Of a DNA stretch of 64,000 nt, positions 24,741 through 37,136 are shown in pieces (within the stretch, counting starts at the first letter, position 1; every line of letters starts with the position of its first letter). The DNA comes from Felis catus. Its lineage: Eukaryota. A program made the position numbers and the translations under genes. The stretch lies in NCBI RefSeq assembly GCF_018350175.1, contig NC_058371.1, positions 6,944,001-7,008,000 of the forward strand, in the 5' to 3' direction. A model generated the notes under the pieces. The model made no database searches. It saw only the letters and a program-made list of their open reading frames with translations, and was not told the origin of the DNA.

Positions 24741-24937
24741 GTGGACTTCGTAGAACCAACTGGATAGTCACGGCCATCCCCATGCCCCCCGGGCAAGCTT
24801 CAGCACAAAGCAACCAGCAATTAGCATGAGCACAAACAGCTCTTCGGTTGGTTTTCATAAGTTAGGTGGGCAACCTGAGGAGATCCAGCATCAAGGTGAT
24901 ATAACGCAGTCCAAGAATGGACCAACTCTGGGCATGT
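24741..24937 (+). repeat. About 195-nt direct repeat, copy B
   Basis: Aligns by eye to 21876-22070. Confidence 0.9.
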
Positions 24938-25865
24938 CACTGAGCCATGATGTGAGAGGGAAGGAGAGGGAGGAAACATCTTCTTTGATGAGACAGGGAA
25001 CGTAAAATCCTAAATAGCCACTGAGGATGGGGAAATAAACTGTCAAGGAGCCCAGTGAGTGGTTGTCGTAGTGAGACCAACCTGTAAGATTCCATGTAGC
25101 TCTGGGTTACTGACAAGAAGGTAGTTAATAGGAAAGAAAATAAGGGGTTGCAACATAAAGGTTGCCACTGGAGAACCAGACCAGCAAATAAAGGACTCTT
25201 GGCTGGCAAAGGCACTACCTCCCTGGTCCACAAAAGTTATCCTGAAAAATTTTTTTGTGATCATGTAAAACAGCTTTTGCTTAAAGTAACAACAGCAAAA
25301 AACAGCTAATTGACTAAATAGTGTTTGGCAACATGTTCTCACATGAATTACTCCATTTGACCACTAAAAGAATTTACAGTGTAGACAAGTGTTTCTAGAA
25401 TGTTCATTTGACAAATGAGAAAGTTGAGATCAGGCAGTTTGCAGAGGACACACACCATTCCCAGACCCCCCAAAAAAACTGCACCGAACTTCACCTCTAC
25501 CTTCAAGGATCTTTTCAAACCACAAGATAACCCTCTAATCTTTATCCTGTAACCTTTACAGAAGTATCAGGTATGTATTTTTATGCTTCTGTAATATACA
25601 CGACACTTGGCCCCACTGTGCTTACTTGTGACACAGGCCAGGTTATAAACACATGAAGAACAAAGAATGTGCTGACCTCTTGCTTCAAAATTAAGTCTCC
25701 CCATCTCCATCCTGAGAAAAGCAGAGCTCTTTGAAAAATCAGGGCTGGCTCTTAAAAACACTCTTTATGACCATATAAACCCTCCCTTATTTAGGTGGCC
25801 TTTGATGTTCTCCCCACGTCCAGGGAGTCCCTGGACAGGTGTGTCAGTAGATCTTTCTGGCGTAG

Positions 25866-25993
25866 GTGACTTTGCTGCTTGTGAGCCATGCAGGCTCGGC
25901 CGGGGCAAGTGCAGGAAGATGTGTGCTGAGGATGAGAAGCCTGTTGGACATTGCAAGCTGAACTTTTTCTGTTGCCGACGGAAGGTCAGCTGA
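25866..25993 (+). CDS. DEFB105: DEFB105 exon 3 (GDFAACEPCRLGRGKCRKMCAEDEKPVGHCKLNFFCCRRKVS*)
   Basis: Acceptor cgtag|GT. CxxC-start seven-Cys pattern and LGRGKCRK signature. Confidence 0.95.
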
Positions 25994-27355
25994 ACCCAAT
26001 CGGCCCTCCTCCAGTCTTGGAAGCAGGCCTGGACTTTCAAAGGAGGGCAAGAGAAATTGGGTGGCTTTACCCAAGTAACACTGTGAGTGAGTCTCAGAAT
26101 CATTCCGGTTTCTTTCTCCCCTTGTTTTGTTTCTTTGCTTATTTTTTATTGATTTTAAAATCAAGATTCGAAGGTGCCTAAGAGCCTAATCAGATACTAC
26201 CACTACAAATTTGTGGAGTACCTTGTCATTTGTGAGTATTTCCCCCATACTTTCCTCAGAGAACTCAATATAACCTTATGAAGTAGATTTTATTATCTCT
26301 ATTTATATTTGAAGAAATTGAGACCCAGAGAAGCTGTCACTTCCTCAAGGTCATAGCCTGGGAGCCAGAAACGGACATGTATACCCCCATCATGTTCTGT
26401 GTGTCTATCTATGTGTACCAATTTTAACGAAATAGAGAAACAGAAAGGACATCGCATTTGTGTCAGTGGACTTATAATTGTATAGAATACAAGAAATTAT
26501 CCACGTCATTTCTTGGTATATCAATACATTGTCATTCTTTACTTCTAGAACTTATGGTGTATTTTTTAGGCAACTCATACTTACTCAATTAATGTCTGTG
26601 GCACCAACTTCTCACTTCTTTTCTTGCCTATAAATGAAAATGCCAGAGATTGACTTACAATGCGCAGCCTAGACTAAGCATGGATGGTTGACTATATAAC
26701 TTTTTGCCTCATGAAATAAAATTTGTAGCTTCATACAAATAAGGTCAAAATTATTCATCCTTATGAGCAGCTACTCAAATTTGATCACTCAGTTTTTACA
26801 TGTGAGACGAACAGTATTTTGCTTAATGTTTGAGCTACCATTGTATGATTGGTCATTTTGCACAACAGTACATCTTTTGGTCTCTCCTTGGTGGGAGAAT
26901 GGTGGATGGGAGGAAGGGGTTCTCTCCCCCACCTCTCCAGCAGTGGCTGCCTCTCCCAGGTGTCCACACTTCAAAGTGTCTACAGGCAAAGAGCTCCGAC
27001 TGGAGTTGTGCACCATGGCAGGACAGAAAAGTCAGCACTGGAGTGGACTGCACTCACGAGATTAGGGAGGGCAAAGGGGCGTGGCTTCCACAGACCCAGT
27101 GAATGCTACTCAAGGTCACTGGGCTGAAACCATCCTAAAGGGAAAATTCCCAAATAATGTGGCATGCTAGAGCAAGGGAACTGTAGTAAGTGGTTTAAGA
27201 TAGAGACCTGGGAGGTTAGGTTTAAGATAAGTTCATAAAATGGACCAGAAACAATATCAACCATTCAGGACACAATAGAATGCTGTGGGCCACACGGGAG
27301 CCTTGAAAGAACACAGAAATATGCTTTCCAAAAGGAGATTTATCTTGGAACATTG

Positions 27356-27745
27356 CGGTATCCGTTTCTTTCACTGTACAACAAAGCACCACAAAAGTTA
27401 GCAGCTTAAATAGCACACGTTATCTCTCAGGCTTCCATGGGTCCAGAGTCTGGGCACAGGATAGCTAGACTCCCTGCTCAGGGTTTCACAAGACTGACAG
27501 CATGGTGTTGGTCCAGATTTGGATCTAATCCAAGGCAAGAGATCTACTCACACACCCCTGGGGCTGCTGGGAAAATTCTGTCACTTGGGGTCCTAGGCCT
27601 GGGGTGGGTGGCTGTTGTCTTGCAGGCTGTCAGCATCGGGCTGTCCTGAGTGAGCCGAGGCTGCCTTCTTTTTCCTGTCCAATGGCTCTTCCCATAGAAC
27701 AGCAGTTTCTCCTTCAAGGCCAGTGAGAGGCTCTCATCCTTCAAA
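27356..27745 (-). mobile_element. MLT1 (MaLR) LTR fragment
   Basis: accacaaaa.ttagcagcttaaa..tctcag..gagtctgggcac motif. Confidence 0.6.
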
Positions 27746-27864
27746 ACTCCAATTTCTTTCTAATCAGAACAAAAGAAAGGGGGAGAAAACCAAGCTTCAC
27801 AGAATAACGTTTTTGTTCACCATTGGAATCAAATTAGTATTGATCCAAACTAGATTGTTTAAAG

Positions 27865-27877
27865 TTTATTTATGTTT

Positions 27878-27923
<46 letters not shown>

Positions 27924-28057
27924 AGGGTAGGGGAAGAGAGGGAGACACAGAATCCAAGCAGGCTCCAGGCTCTGAGCAGAGAGCCCGATGTGGGACTCCA
28001 ACCCATGAACCCAGAGATCATGACCTGAGCTGAAGTCACTTACCAACTGAACCACCC
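27865..28057 (-). mobile_element. Can-SINE
   Basis: Long (GA)n; flanking repeat aaactagattgtttaaa. Confidence 0.85.
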
Positions 28058-29055
28058 TGGTGGTGGGTGGTTGTAAACAAACTAGATTGTTTAAAATTAA
28101 TTGCAACCCCCAAGTCATTTATAATATTACTCAAACATGGATTGCAAGATAAATGACAGGGAATTCAAATGGTACCTCAGGAAATATCTGTTTAACACAA
28201 AAGTAGTCAGTAATGCAGGAACAGAGGGGGGGAAAGAGGCATAACGTTTAGAAAACAAATAGCAAATGGCAGATGTAAATCTTACCTCATCAATTATGGC
28301 ATTAAATGCAAATGGGCTAAACACTCCAGTTAGAACGTAGCAGAATGGAGTTTGTAAAGAAGATGCAACTCTATGCTGTGTGCCACAGACACAGTTTAGA
28401 TTCAAGGAACTAAAGAGATCAAAATGGATGGAAAAAGATATAGCCAAAGGCAAGAGAACTGTGTACAATGGTAGATGAGTCAAAGCCTCATGAGTCAACA
28501 TGACAATTATAAGTGTATATAAACCTCACAGGAGTCACAAAATACACGAAGTGAGAACTGACACATCGCAGGGAGAAACCGATAATTCAACAAAAATATT
28601 GGAGGACTTTAATATTTAATAAGGAAATAGATCTGAAGACACTGTGAACCACTTGGACATCTATGGCACACTCCACCCAGCAACAGCAAAATACATTCTT
28701 CTCAAGGTCCCATGAGACGTTCTGCAGACGTTCTTCCAAAATATCTGCAGAATAGGCCATATGGTAAGCCAAACATCCAGCCTCAATGATTTCAAAGGAT
28801 CGAAATCATACCAAGTATACTCTCTGACCAAAAAGGAATAACAAGAGAAAAATTGGGAAAGTCACAAAGATGTGGAAATGAACAACATGCTCCTAGATCA
28901 GCAATGGGTCAAAGAAGAAATCGAAAGAGAAATTAGAAAATATTAGGTGAATGAAAATTGAAAACAAAGCAAAACAAGACTTAGGGGATGCAGCTAAAGG
29001 AATGCTTAGAGGAAAATTTATAGTTGTAAATGTCTCCATTTAAAAAGACGGAAGA

Positions 29056-29281
29056 GGGGCGCCTGGGTGGCGCAGTTGGTTAAGCGTCCGACTTCAGCCA
29101 GGTCATGATCTCGCGGTCCGTGAGTTCGAGCCCCGCGTCGGGCTCTGGGCTGATGGCTCGGAGCCTGGAGCCTGTTTCCGATTCTGTGTCTCCCTCTCTC
29201 TCTGCCCCTCCCCCGTTCATGCTCTGTCTCCCTCTGTCCCAAAAATAAATAAACGTTGAAAAAAAAATTTAAAAAAAAAAT
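29056..29281 (+). mobile_element. Can-SINE (young felid type)
   Basis: TSD aaaagacggaaga. Confidence 0.93.
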
Positions 29282-29584
29282 AAAAAGACGGAAGATCCCA
29301 AATCAGTGAACTAATCTTCCAATTTAGGAAGCTAAAACTTCAAGAGCTGACTAGTCCCTCGAAGGGTAACCTGTTCCCTTGGATCTGTTCCAAACATCTT
29401 AATGTCTATAGGATTTGCTCTTTCATTCATTCTATGTACTTGGGCTCCCCTTGTTCTCCATTTTTAAAATTTTTTAAATGAAATTTTAAGTCATAAGTAT
29501 AGACATTTTTCATTGTTTAAAATAAGCATTTGGACACAAATTTCTGTGATTCTTTTGCTGGGTCCCACAAAACTTGACATATTG

Positions 29585-29802
29585 TTTTTTTGGGTTTTTT
29601 TTTTTTTTTTTAGTTTATTTTGACAGAGAAAGTGTGTGAGTGGAGGAAGGGCAGAGAGAGAGGGAGAGAGAGAAAATCCCAAGCAGGCTCCACACTGCCA
29701 GTGCAGAGCCAGATGTGGGTGGGGAACTCACGAACTATGAGATCATGATTTGAGCTGAAATCAAGAGCCAGACACTTAACCAACTGAGCCACCCAGGCGC
29801 TC
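29585..29802 (-). mobile_element. Can-SINE
   Basis: Full length. Confidence 0.88.
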
Positions 29803-29809
29803 AGATATA

Positions 29810-31600
29810 TTGGTATTTCTTTATGTGCAATGTGAAATGTTTTCTAATTTGTTCTTTGATGCATACATAATTTAGAATTATGTTTTTTTTTATTTTCAAA
29901 TATTAGGAAATTTCCTAACTGGGTTATTGTTATAAACTTCCAATTTATTTTTATTAAAAAAAATTTTTTAATGTTTATTTTTGAGAGAGAGAGAGAGAGA
30001 CAGAGTGTGAGCAGGGGAGGGGCAGAGAGAGAGGAAGACAGAATCCAAAGCAGGCTCTAGGCTCCGAGCTGTCAGCACAGAGCTCAGCGCGGGGCTCGAA
30101 CTCACAAACCATGAAATCATCACCTGAGCTGAATCAAGAGTCAGCTGCTTAACCGACTGAACCACCCAGGCACCTCTGATATTTATCATTTCTGATGTTT
30201 TTTATTCTCCTTGAAAATCAAGTTTCCTTCTTGCATTTCCCTTCAGCCTGAAGAACTTCCTTTAGGGAATCTCTGGTAGAGAAAACTTTCAGTTTTCTTC
30301 GCCCTGAAAATATGTTTATTCTATCTTCCCCTTTTAAAGGAGTTCTTCCTGCAGGTGGAATTTGGGGCAGGCAGCTTCTGCTTGTTTTCCTACAGCACAG
30401 CAGGGTGTGCACCCACTCACCTTACTTACCTCTTTCGTTTCTGAGGAGAAGCTGATGGTAATTCAATTGCGGTTTCCCTGAACTCAAAGTGTTACTTTTC
30501 TCTGGATGCTTTCACGATTCTCTCCCTTTTTTTGGATTTCAGAAGTTTGACTGTGTTGTGCCTAAGCATGGTTTTTATGTTCCTTGCAATTCGCTGAGCT
30601 TCCTGGTTTTGTCCTTTTGTTACTTTCACCGCATTTGGGAATTTTCAGCCATTATTTCCTTGAACTACTTTTTACCCCATTACGGTTCTCTCCTCATTCT
30701 GGGACTCCAATGACCTGTCTGCTTTAGCTTTTGATGTTATCCATCAGACCCTTGACGGCCTATATCTCTCAATCTTTTTTTCCTCTCATCTACAGATTGC
30801 ATAGTTTTTATTGATTCAGTGACTCTTGATCCTGTCATATTTTCGGTGCTATCAAATCTATTCAGTTAATTTTGTTCAGATATTGTATTTTTTAGTATCA
30901 AATTTTTTTTTATATTTTCTGTTCTCTAATGAGACTTCCTGAGTTCAAATTGATTGCATGTGTATTTTCTTTACTACTTGGAGTGTGTTAAAATGGATAT
31001 ATTAAGGTCCTTGTCTGATTATTTCAACAAGATTGATGTCCAGGATGCTGTGAATGTTGTGTTGAAAAGAATCTGAAGACTGGTACATCTTCTGAAGAAT
31101 GCTGATGTTTTGATTTGACAGGAAAGCGACTCTATTAAACTCAATTTGCAAATATCACCTCATCTGTAATGGGCAGCAGCTCAAATCTCAGGGGTGTTTG
31201 CGTGTTTGTTTCATTTTATCTTAACAAGGTGAATGCGTGTTTCAGGGGTTAGCAAGAGTTATGGGCAGAGTTCACATATAGAACCTAAGCTCCCTTTTCT
31301 GGGTTTTCATTTCCAGAAGCTGTGGTGCTTCTCCCTTAGCTCTATCTTTGTGTTCTAAGTTTAGAAAGAGGGTGGATATCTTGTTTGTTTTGTTTTAGCC
31401 TCTCCATGCCACACTGCAGTCAGAGAGAACATACTCTGGGCTGTTCCATTTTTCCAACTTTTGACTTTTATCCAAAATATGCTTGTATTTATTTCAACTT
31501 TCATATTCTTCAGGTAGTTTTTTTGTGGGTTTGTTTTATTTCGTTTTGTTTTGTTCCCCCAGAGTTTTACTTATTATCGGTGGGAGGGTCCACCTGTTAG
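29810..31600 (-). mobile_element. Old L1 fragments, antisense
   Basis: ttcagcctgaagaacttcctttag and tttgggaattttcagccattatttc. Confidence 0.6.
29963..30176 (-). mobile_element. Can-SINE
   Basis: Full length. Confidence 0.88.
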
Positions 31601-31845
31601 AAGCTCACTCTGCTTTATTCAAAATGGAATTACTCATTCGAGTTTTAATCTTTCAAGTAACTCCCCTACCTAAAACCCTTCAATAACTTTCCTTTGATTT
31701 TAGGATAAAGTTCAAATTTTTTAGTAACATATAAATACACCTGGTAGTTCTCCAACCCGTATTTGTTGAATGAAAGCTATTCCCATAACATATGAGACAT
31801 GGTCATATTTAATCATAATGCCCTTATCCTTAATAATATCTTACA

Positions 31846-31954
31846 GGGTTGCCTGGGTGGCTTAGTTGGTTAAGTATCTGACTCTTGATCTCAGTTCAGG
31901 TCTTGATTTCTGCCCCATGTTGGGCTCCATGTTGGGTATGAGGCCTACTTAAAA
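31846..31954 (+). mobile_element. Short Can-SINE variant
   Basis: gggttgcctgggtggcttagttggttaag head with a short tail. Confidence 0.7.
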
Positions 31955-32645
31955 TCATCATCATCATCATCTTCAGATGAAAAACTTTGAACATTTGATA
32001 ATATCTACATTAATTAGTTGACTATTCATGAGTTCTTCTAACTAGACAGCTATTAATAAGTCAAAGAACATATATTTTTGAATATCTACTGCTACAAAGC
32101 TCTGTCATAAAGAGTGAATGGAAAGGAAAGGATGGAGGGAGAGTGGTTTTCATCTGTGGAGTTTATAGTCGAATTGGACAGATAAAAAAATTTTCATATA
32201 CTATAATTTTGGAAAAGCAATTATACCAGGCACCCATTAATAACAGCTGGGTCCTCTTATAAGAGAGTAAGTTGTGTGTAAGATCTTAGAGAAGAAGAAA
32301 AGGAATGGGGACTATAGATCTTCTGGAAGGGAAGGTACCCGAGATGGGGCTTGAGGGAAAAAAGAGACGTCTAGGCAGAGACATAGGCTCAAGGGATCCG
32401 GGCTGGAGGACAGGTTGTTTGCCTTACTCTCCTGTAAACCTCATTTAGGTAATACCTGACCCAGAGGCCCACACGCTATTCAGTAGAGCATGAAAAATAG
32501 TTTCTTCCTAATGAACATTACAAACCAAAGTTGACTTCCAGCCCTTTCGGAGCTGTAGAACCTGTTTTGATCAACTTCTCTTGGTAAAAGAGCTGGATTT
32601 TACCAACTGTCCCTCCTTTGTCCTCTCTCCACTGATGTCTGAGCC

Positions 32646-32703
32646 ATGAGAATCTTTTTCTTAATTTTTGCTGCTCTCATTCTCCTTGCTGGCATTTTCC
32701 CAG
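32646..32703 (+). CDS. DEFB107: DEFB107 exon 1 (MRIFFLIFAALILLAGIFP-A)
   Basis: 19 codons plus 1 nt, donor G|gtaaaa. AALILLA matches the DEFB107 leader. Confidence 0.92.
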
Positions 32704-32839
32704 GTAAAAGGAAATCCTAATAGATGTAAGGGTGGCAATCTGTCTTTTAAGAAGAAAGCTGAAGTTTTAGAAATATGTGTGACTCATTCCTGTGTTCTTA
32801 AAATGTCCCGGGACAAACCAGTTATTGGAAATCTTTCAT

Positions 32840-32896
32840 TTTATTTCTTATTTTTATTTTATTTTATTTTATTTTATTTTATTTTATTTTATTTTA

Positions 32897-32932
<36 letters not shown>

Positions 32933-33787
32933 TAGGGGAGAGGGGCAGAGGGAGAGAGAGAGAAACTTTTTTTTTTTCTTTTAAATATAATTTATTGTCA
33001 AGTTAGCTAGCATACAATGTATACAGTGTGCTCTTGGCTTTGGGGGTAGATTCCTGTGATTCATTACATACAACACCCAGTGCTCATCCCAACAAGTGCC
33101 TTCCTCAATGCCCATCATGCATTTTCCCCTTCCCCCCTCCTCCATCCCCCCCATCAACCCTCAGTTTGTTCTCTGTATTTAAGAGTCTCTTATGGTTTGC
33201 CTCCCTCTCTGTTTGAAACTACTTTTTCCCCTTCCCTTACCCCATGGTATTCTGTTAAGTTTCTCAAGTTCCACATATGAGTGGAAACATATGTTATCTG
33301 TGTTTCTCAGACTGACTTATTTCACTTCACGTAATACCCTCCAGTTCCATCCACGTTGCTGCAAATGACAGGATTTCATTCTTTCTCATTGCCAAGTAGT
33401 ATTCCCTTGTATATATAAACCACATCTTCTTTATCCATTTATCAGTTGATGGACATTTGGACTCTCCATGATTTGGCTACTTTTGAAAGTGCTGCTATAA
33501 ACATTGGGGTACATGTGCCCCTGTGCATCAGCACTCCTGTATCCTTTGGATAAATTCCTAGTAATGCTATTGCTGGGTTGTAGCGTAGTTCTATTTTTAA
33601 TTTTTTGAGGAACCTCCACACTGTTTTCCAGAGCGATTGCACCAGTTTGCTTTCCCACCAACAGTGTAAGCAGGCTACATGCTCAGCATGGAGCCTGAGG
33701 CGGGGCTCGATCATATGACCCTGGGATTACGACCTGAGCCGAAATCTAGAGGCAGACGCTTAATTGACTGAATCGTTCAGGCACCCC
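32840..33787 (-). mobile_element. Can-SINE split by the L1 insertion
   Basis: Tail at 32840-32966, head at 33667-33787, TSD tggaaatcttt. Confidence 0.85.
32967..33666 (-). mobile_element. Carnivore L1 3' end inserted inside a Can-SINE (DEFB107 intron)
   Basis: poly(T) followed by L1 3' UTR and ORF2 C-terminus ([27 protein letters not shown]). SINE halves lie on either side. Confidence 0.9.
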
Positions 33788-35263
33788 TGGAAATCTTTTC
33801 TTGAGTTTAGACAAAAAAACAATGGGACCACACAGAGCCAGACTAACTCCAAACAGAGAAGTATCTGGTTAATTCCCCTAAAAGCTCCACCAAGGGGTTT
33901 CAGACTTCTCTTTATGTTTAGATCTTTCCTTCTTCTGTAATATTCAGCAGAGCTTTAGCATATGTCAGAGTGATTGCTCTAAAATGAGAGGAAATTTCAG
34001 AGGCAAAGTCCAAACACATTTGTTAATTTAGAGAAGTATAGCTTTTGTAACCTAAATGAAACTAAACTCAAAAGGTTCTTAGTCTGTTTTTTTATGTCTT
34101 ACTAGTTGGTCCAATTCTCCTAATCTTAGATTATTTAGAATTTCTTTCTAGTTCTCACATACTGATGTGAGAAATTATATCATTTAAACAAGTAGCATCT
34201 TGATTAGTTTGCTTTTCAATCTTTGACACCTTTGAAATAGTTTCTTTTTGCTCAGGTACAGCCAAGACTATCCCTAAAAAATTTTTATATCCATCCTTTC
34301 TCAACTGTCTTTCATTCCTCCTGTTATGAAGTCATTTCTAATGGGGACTCCCTATGTATTGTGAAACACTGTTTTTCATGGTTCCTGGATTTCTACACTT
34401 AACTCTTACACAATCAGGCCTCAGTAAGCCTACCAAACCAATAGATATGAAATATGTTCCTACCACTTAATGAGAAATTGGGCATTATATCAAAAGTAAG
34501 TAAAATGGAGATCAAAAATGTAATAGAGCATGGTCTTCACCCTTAATTTGCTTGAAGTTTATTGTTTTATTATTTCTGTGTTGGTCAAAAGTAGGTTGTC
34601 CAGAATAATAAATAGGCAATTTGATAAATTTCAAATGTGTAAATAGGTGAATGGATGAGACAGGAAGATACACAAATAGCTATAGTACAAAACAGTTCTC
34701 ATAAGTGCCATAAGAGATACAGATGACAAAGAGAAGCTTGGTTTTCTAACTGGAGAATCAGGAGGGGCTTCCTGGGATGTGGTATTTACATTGCACTTTT
34801 GAAAACGGGCATAAAAACATGCCCTCATGTTTCAAAGTCTCACTTAATCAAATCACTTACTTAGCTTCTGCCCCACTCTCTTTCTTCAGAGGTCAGACAA
34901 TGGATCCAAGTAGAGAAACACATGTTAAGCTGTCTTCTCCATCCCCAATCATCAGGCCTCTGACTCATTAGTTAAGGGCTCCCTGTCTTCAGATTCAGCT
35001 CAGACACATTTGAATCCTAACAATAAGCACAGGATGGACTCCAGTTGGGACCACCACCACCACCATCACAACTACACAGAATCTTAGAGCTGGAAGTGAG
35101 TTCAATGGTCAATACAAGAGGTAACAACAGACTATCATGCCAAGACATTGGAGGTTGGATCTCAGTTCCAATCCTTATAAACTGTATGAACTCTTGTGCT
35201 TCAATTTTCTTTCTATAAATGGTAATAATAATAGGATGGTTTTAAAGATTAAGGCATTTTTCA

Positions 35264-35490
35264 AGGCACCTGGGTGGCTCAGTTGGTTGAGCGTCCAACT
35301 CTTGGTCTTGGCTCAGGTAATGATCTCATGGTTCTTAGGTTTAAGTCCTGTGTCAGGCTCTGCACTGACAGTGCAGAGCCTGCTTGGGATTCTCTCCCTC
35401 CCTCTCTCTCAACCCCTCCCTGCTTGCTCTCTGTCCTCCCCCCCCCCCATAAATAAATAAACATTTAAAATATATTTAAAAATATAAAAT
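35264..35490 (+). mobile_element. Can-SINE
   Basis: Full length. Confidence 0.88.
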
Positions 35491-35501
35491 ATTAAGACAT
35501 T

Positions 35502-35950
35502 TGTTATATTCGAGTAGAGGCTAACTTGTTTTAACAAAGAAACTTAAAAAGATAGTAAATGAAAAAGGATAGTTTATTTGTTTCTCATGTAAAAGTCCAA
35601 AAATAGGTAAGTTGACCAGTGTGGGTAGAAGGAAGGTTCTTCTCCATTAAGTCATGTTGAGACCAGAGAGGAAGGTCAACCTTGCATCCTAAACATGGGA
35701 CTGTTTTATCTGGTTCTAAAGATGCTCTAATGGAGAGGGCTGAAAAGCAAGTCAAGAGCATGGTCAAAGACATTGCACAGAACCAGCCATTGGTCCAAAC
35801 TCCTCCATGTGGCCATACAGGGACACAGGGCCAGGAGCTGACTCCTTATGCTAAGTATCCACGTTCCGGCTAAAAACCAGAGGATCCATTACTCATTGTC
35901 TGAAGGGGAAAACTAACTGCTTGAGGAAAGTTTAACAATCCCTCTGTATA
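35502..35950 (-). mobile_element. Old MLT1-like LTR
   Basis: gtttattt..tctcatgtaaaagtcc and cattggtccaaact..catgtggcc motifs. Confidence 0.45.
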
Positions 35951-37014
35951 AACCGCTTAAACAAAGCCAGGCACGCCCTCTGTTCTCTGAGAAAGTTCAC
36001 TGTTGCTATTGCTTTGATGTCACTGTTCTTATCATCATTCCTGTTCTTATGATCTGCCCTGATACATATTCCATGTTAGTTGATTGCCCAGAAGCGTGAT
36101 GAATTTCAGTTGTTCTGTAACTCAGACTATTCCCAGTTCAGCATGGGACTACTGAAAAAATGTCCTCTAACTGTGAACAGAAATCTAAGGCCGTGCAATT
36201 CCTTTCCATTGGTCTGCGTCCTAACTGGGCATGGCGTCAGTGTCTTTTCCGCATGGCAGTATCTCAGTTGTATGGCAGCTAATGTGTAGTCTGTTCCCCC
36301 TCTCCCAATGCTGTACTTTCCAAGAATAAGTTCCTTTTGAGAGCAACTGCCAGTTCCTTCTATCACTTCTCCTGAGAACCCACACCACAAGAAATTTTTT
36401 CATTCATTCCTCTCAAAATATTTTTACTCTCCTCAGCTTACTCTTTGCTCCGAAGGAAAAGCCACGGCCGAGGCCACTCTAAATTTGCCTGCCAGAGTTA
36501 AATCCATTATTCCATTGATGTTTTTTACAGTGTGGACCAGCACCATGTTTCTTTAACTTTGCACCTAAAATTGTCCACAACCGCACGACAGTGCATTTGG
36601 TCTCTCATCGGTCTGCCTACAGTGTAAACGGCACAGTCTTTACCTTTCACTGTATATCGGAGCCTATTGATTTTGGAGACATGAAAAAAGATCATTTATT
36701 GGAAAGGACTGTTTATTGGGATTAGAAAGTGTACTGTCTCCCTCCCAGGAAGAAATACTCTGCTTCTAGATATCCTAGAAATGATTGTGGCAGAGGGAAG
36801 TGAATATCAAGTAAGGACCCTGTGTGTATTGTGCAGCGAGTCTGAACTCCGATGAAGCCGTTCAGGAGGCATCTGTTTTTTCTGACCTCTAGATTTATAC
36901 TTTGTGTCTGCAGGAGATTCGCTAATGGGGAATTGTGGGTGAGGCCCAGGTGATGTCATGTTGCTTTCTGGTCATGGATTCCTGGATAACCGAAGTCTTG
37001 CTTTCTTCACTTAG

Positions 37015-37136
37015 CTAGCAGAGGGATGCACAGAGAGCCACGTTGTCTGAAACCAGACGGTCACCGTGAAGCCGAGTGCCTTTCCTTTGAGGTTAAGATT
37101 GGGGGTTGTAGAACTGAACTGACACCACTCTGTTGA
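37015..37136 (+). pseudogene. DEFB107: DEFB107 exon 2 with a disrupted motif ((A)SRGMHREPRCLKPDGHREAECLSFEVKIGGCRTELTPLC*); probable pseudogene or four-Cys variant
   Basis: Acceptor cacttag|CT. EAECL.FEVKIGGCR.EL.P matches DEFB107. The Cys2 codon is CGT (37065-37067) and the Cys6 codon is TGA (37134-37136). Confidence 0.8.

Larger units (their letters stand above)
27760..29340 (+). mobile_element. Old L1M ORF1-ORF2 (endonuclease) fragment with nested SINEs
   Basis: ttaaatgcaaatgggctaaacactccagt and aatgggtcaaagaagaaatc. Confidence 0.7.

Noticed and set aside
14553-25993. Extra cysteines in DEFB106 (QPC) and DEFB105 (CEPC) as novelties
   Set aside because: Both are present in the human orthologues.
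37134-37136. TGA at the Cys6 position as a selenocysteine or read-through codon
   Set aside because: I saw no SECIS-like structure or read-through context, and Cys2 is also lost. A nonsense mutation is simpler.
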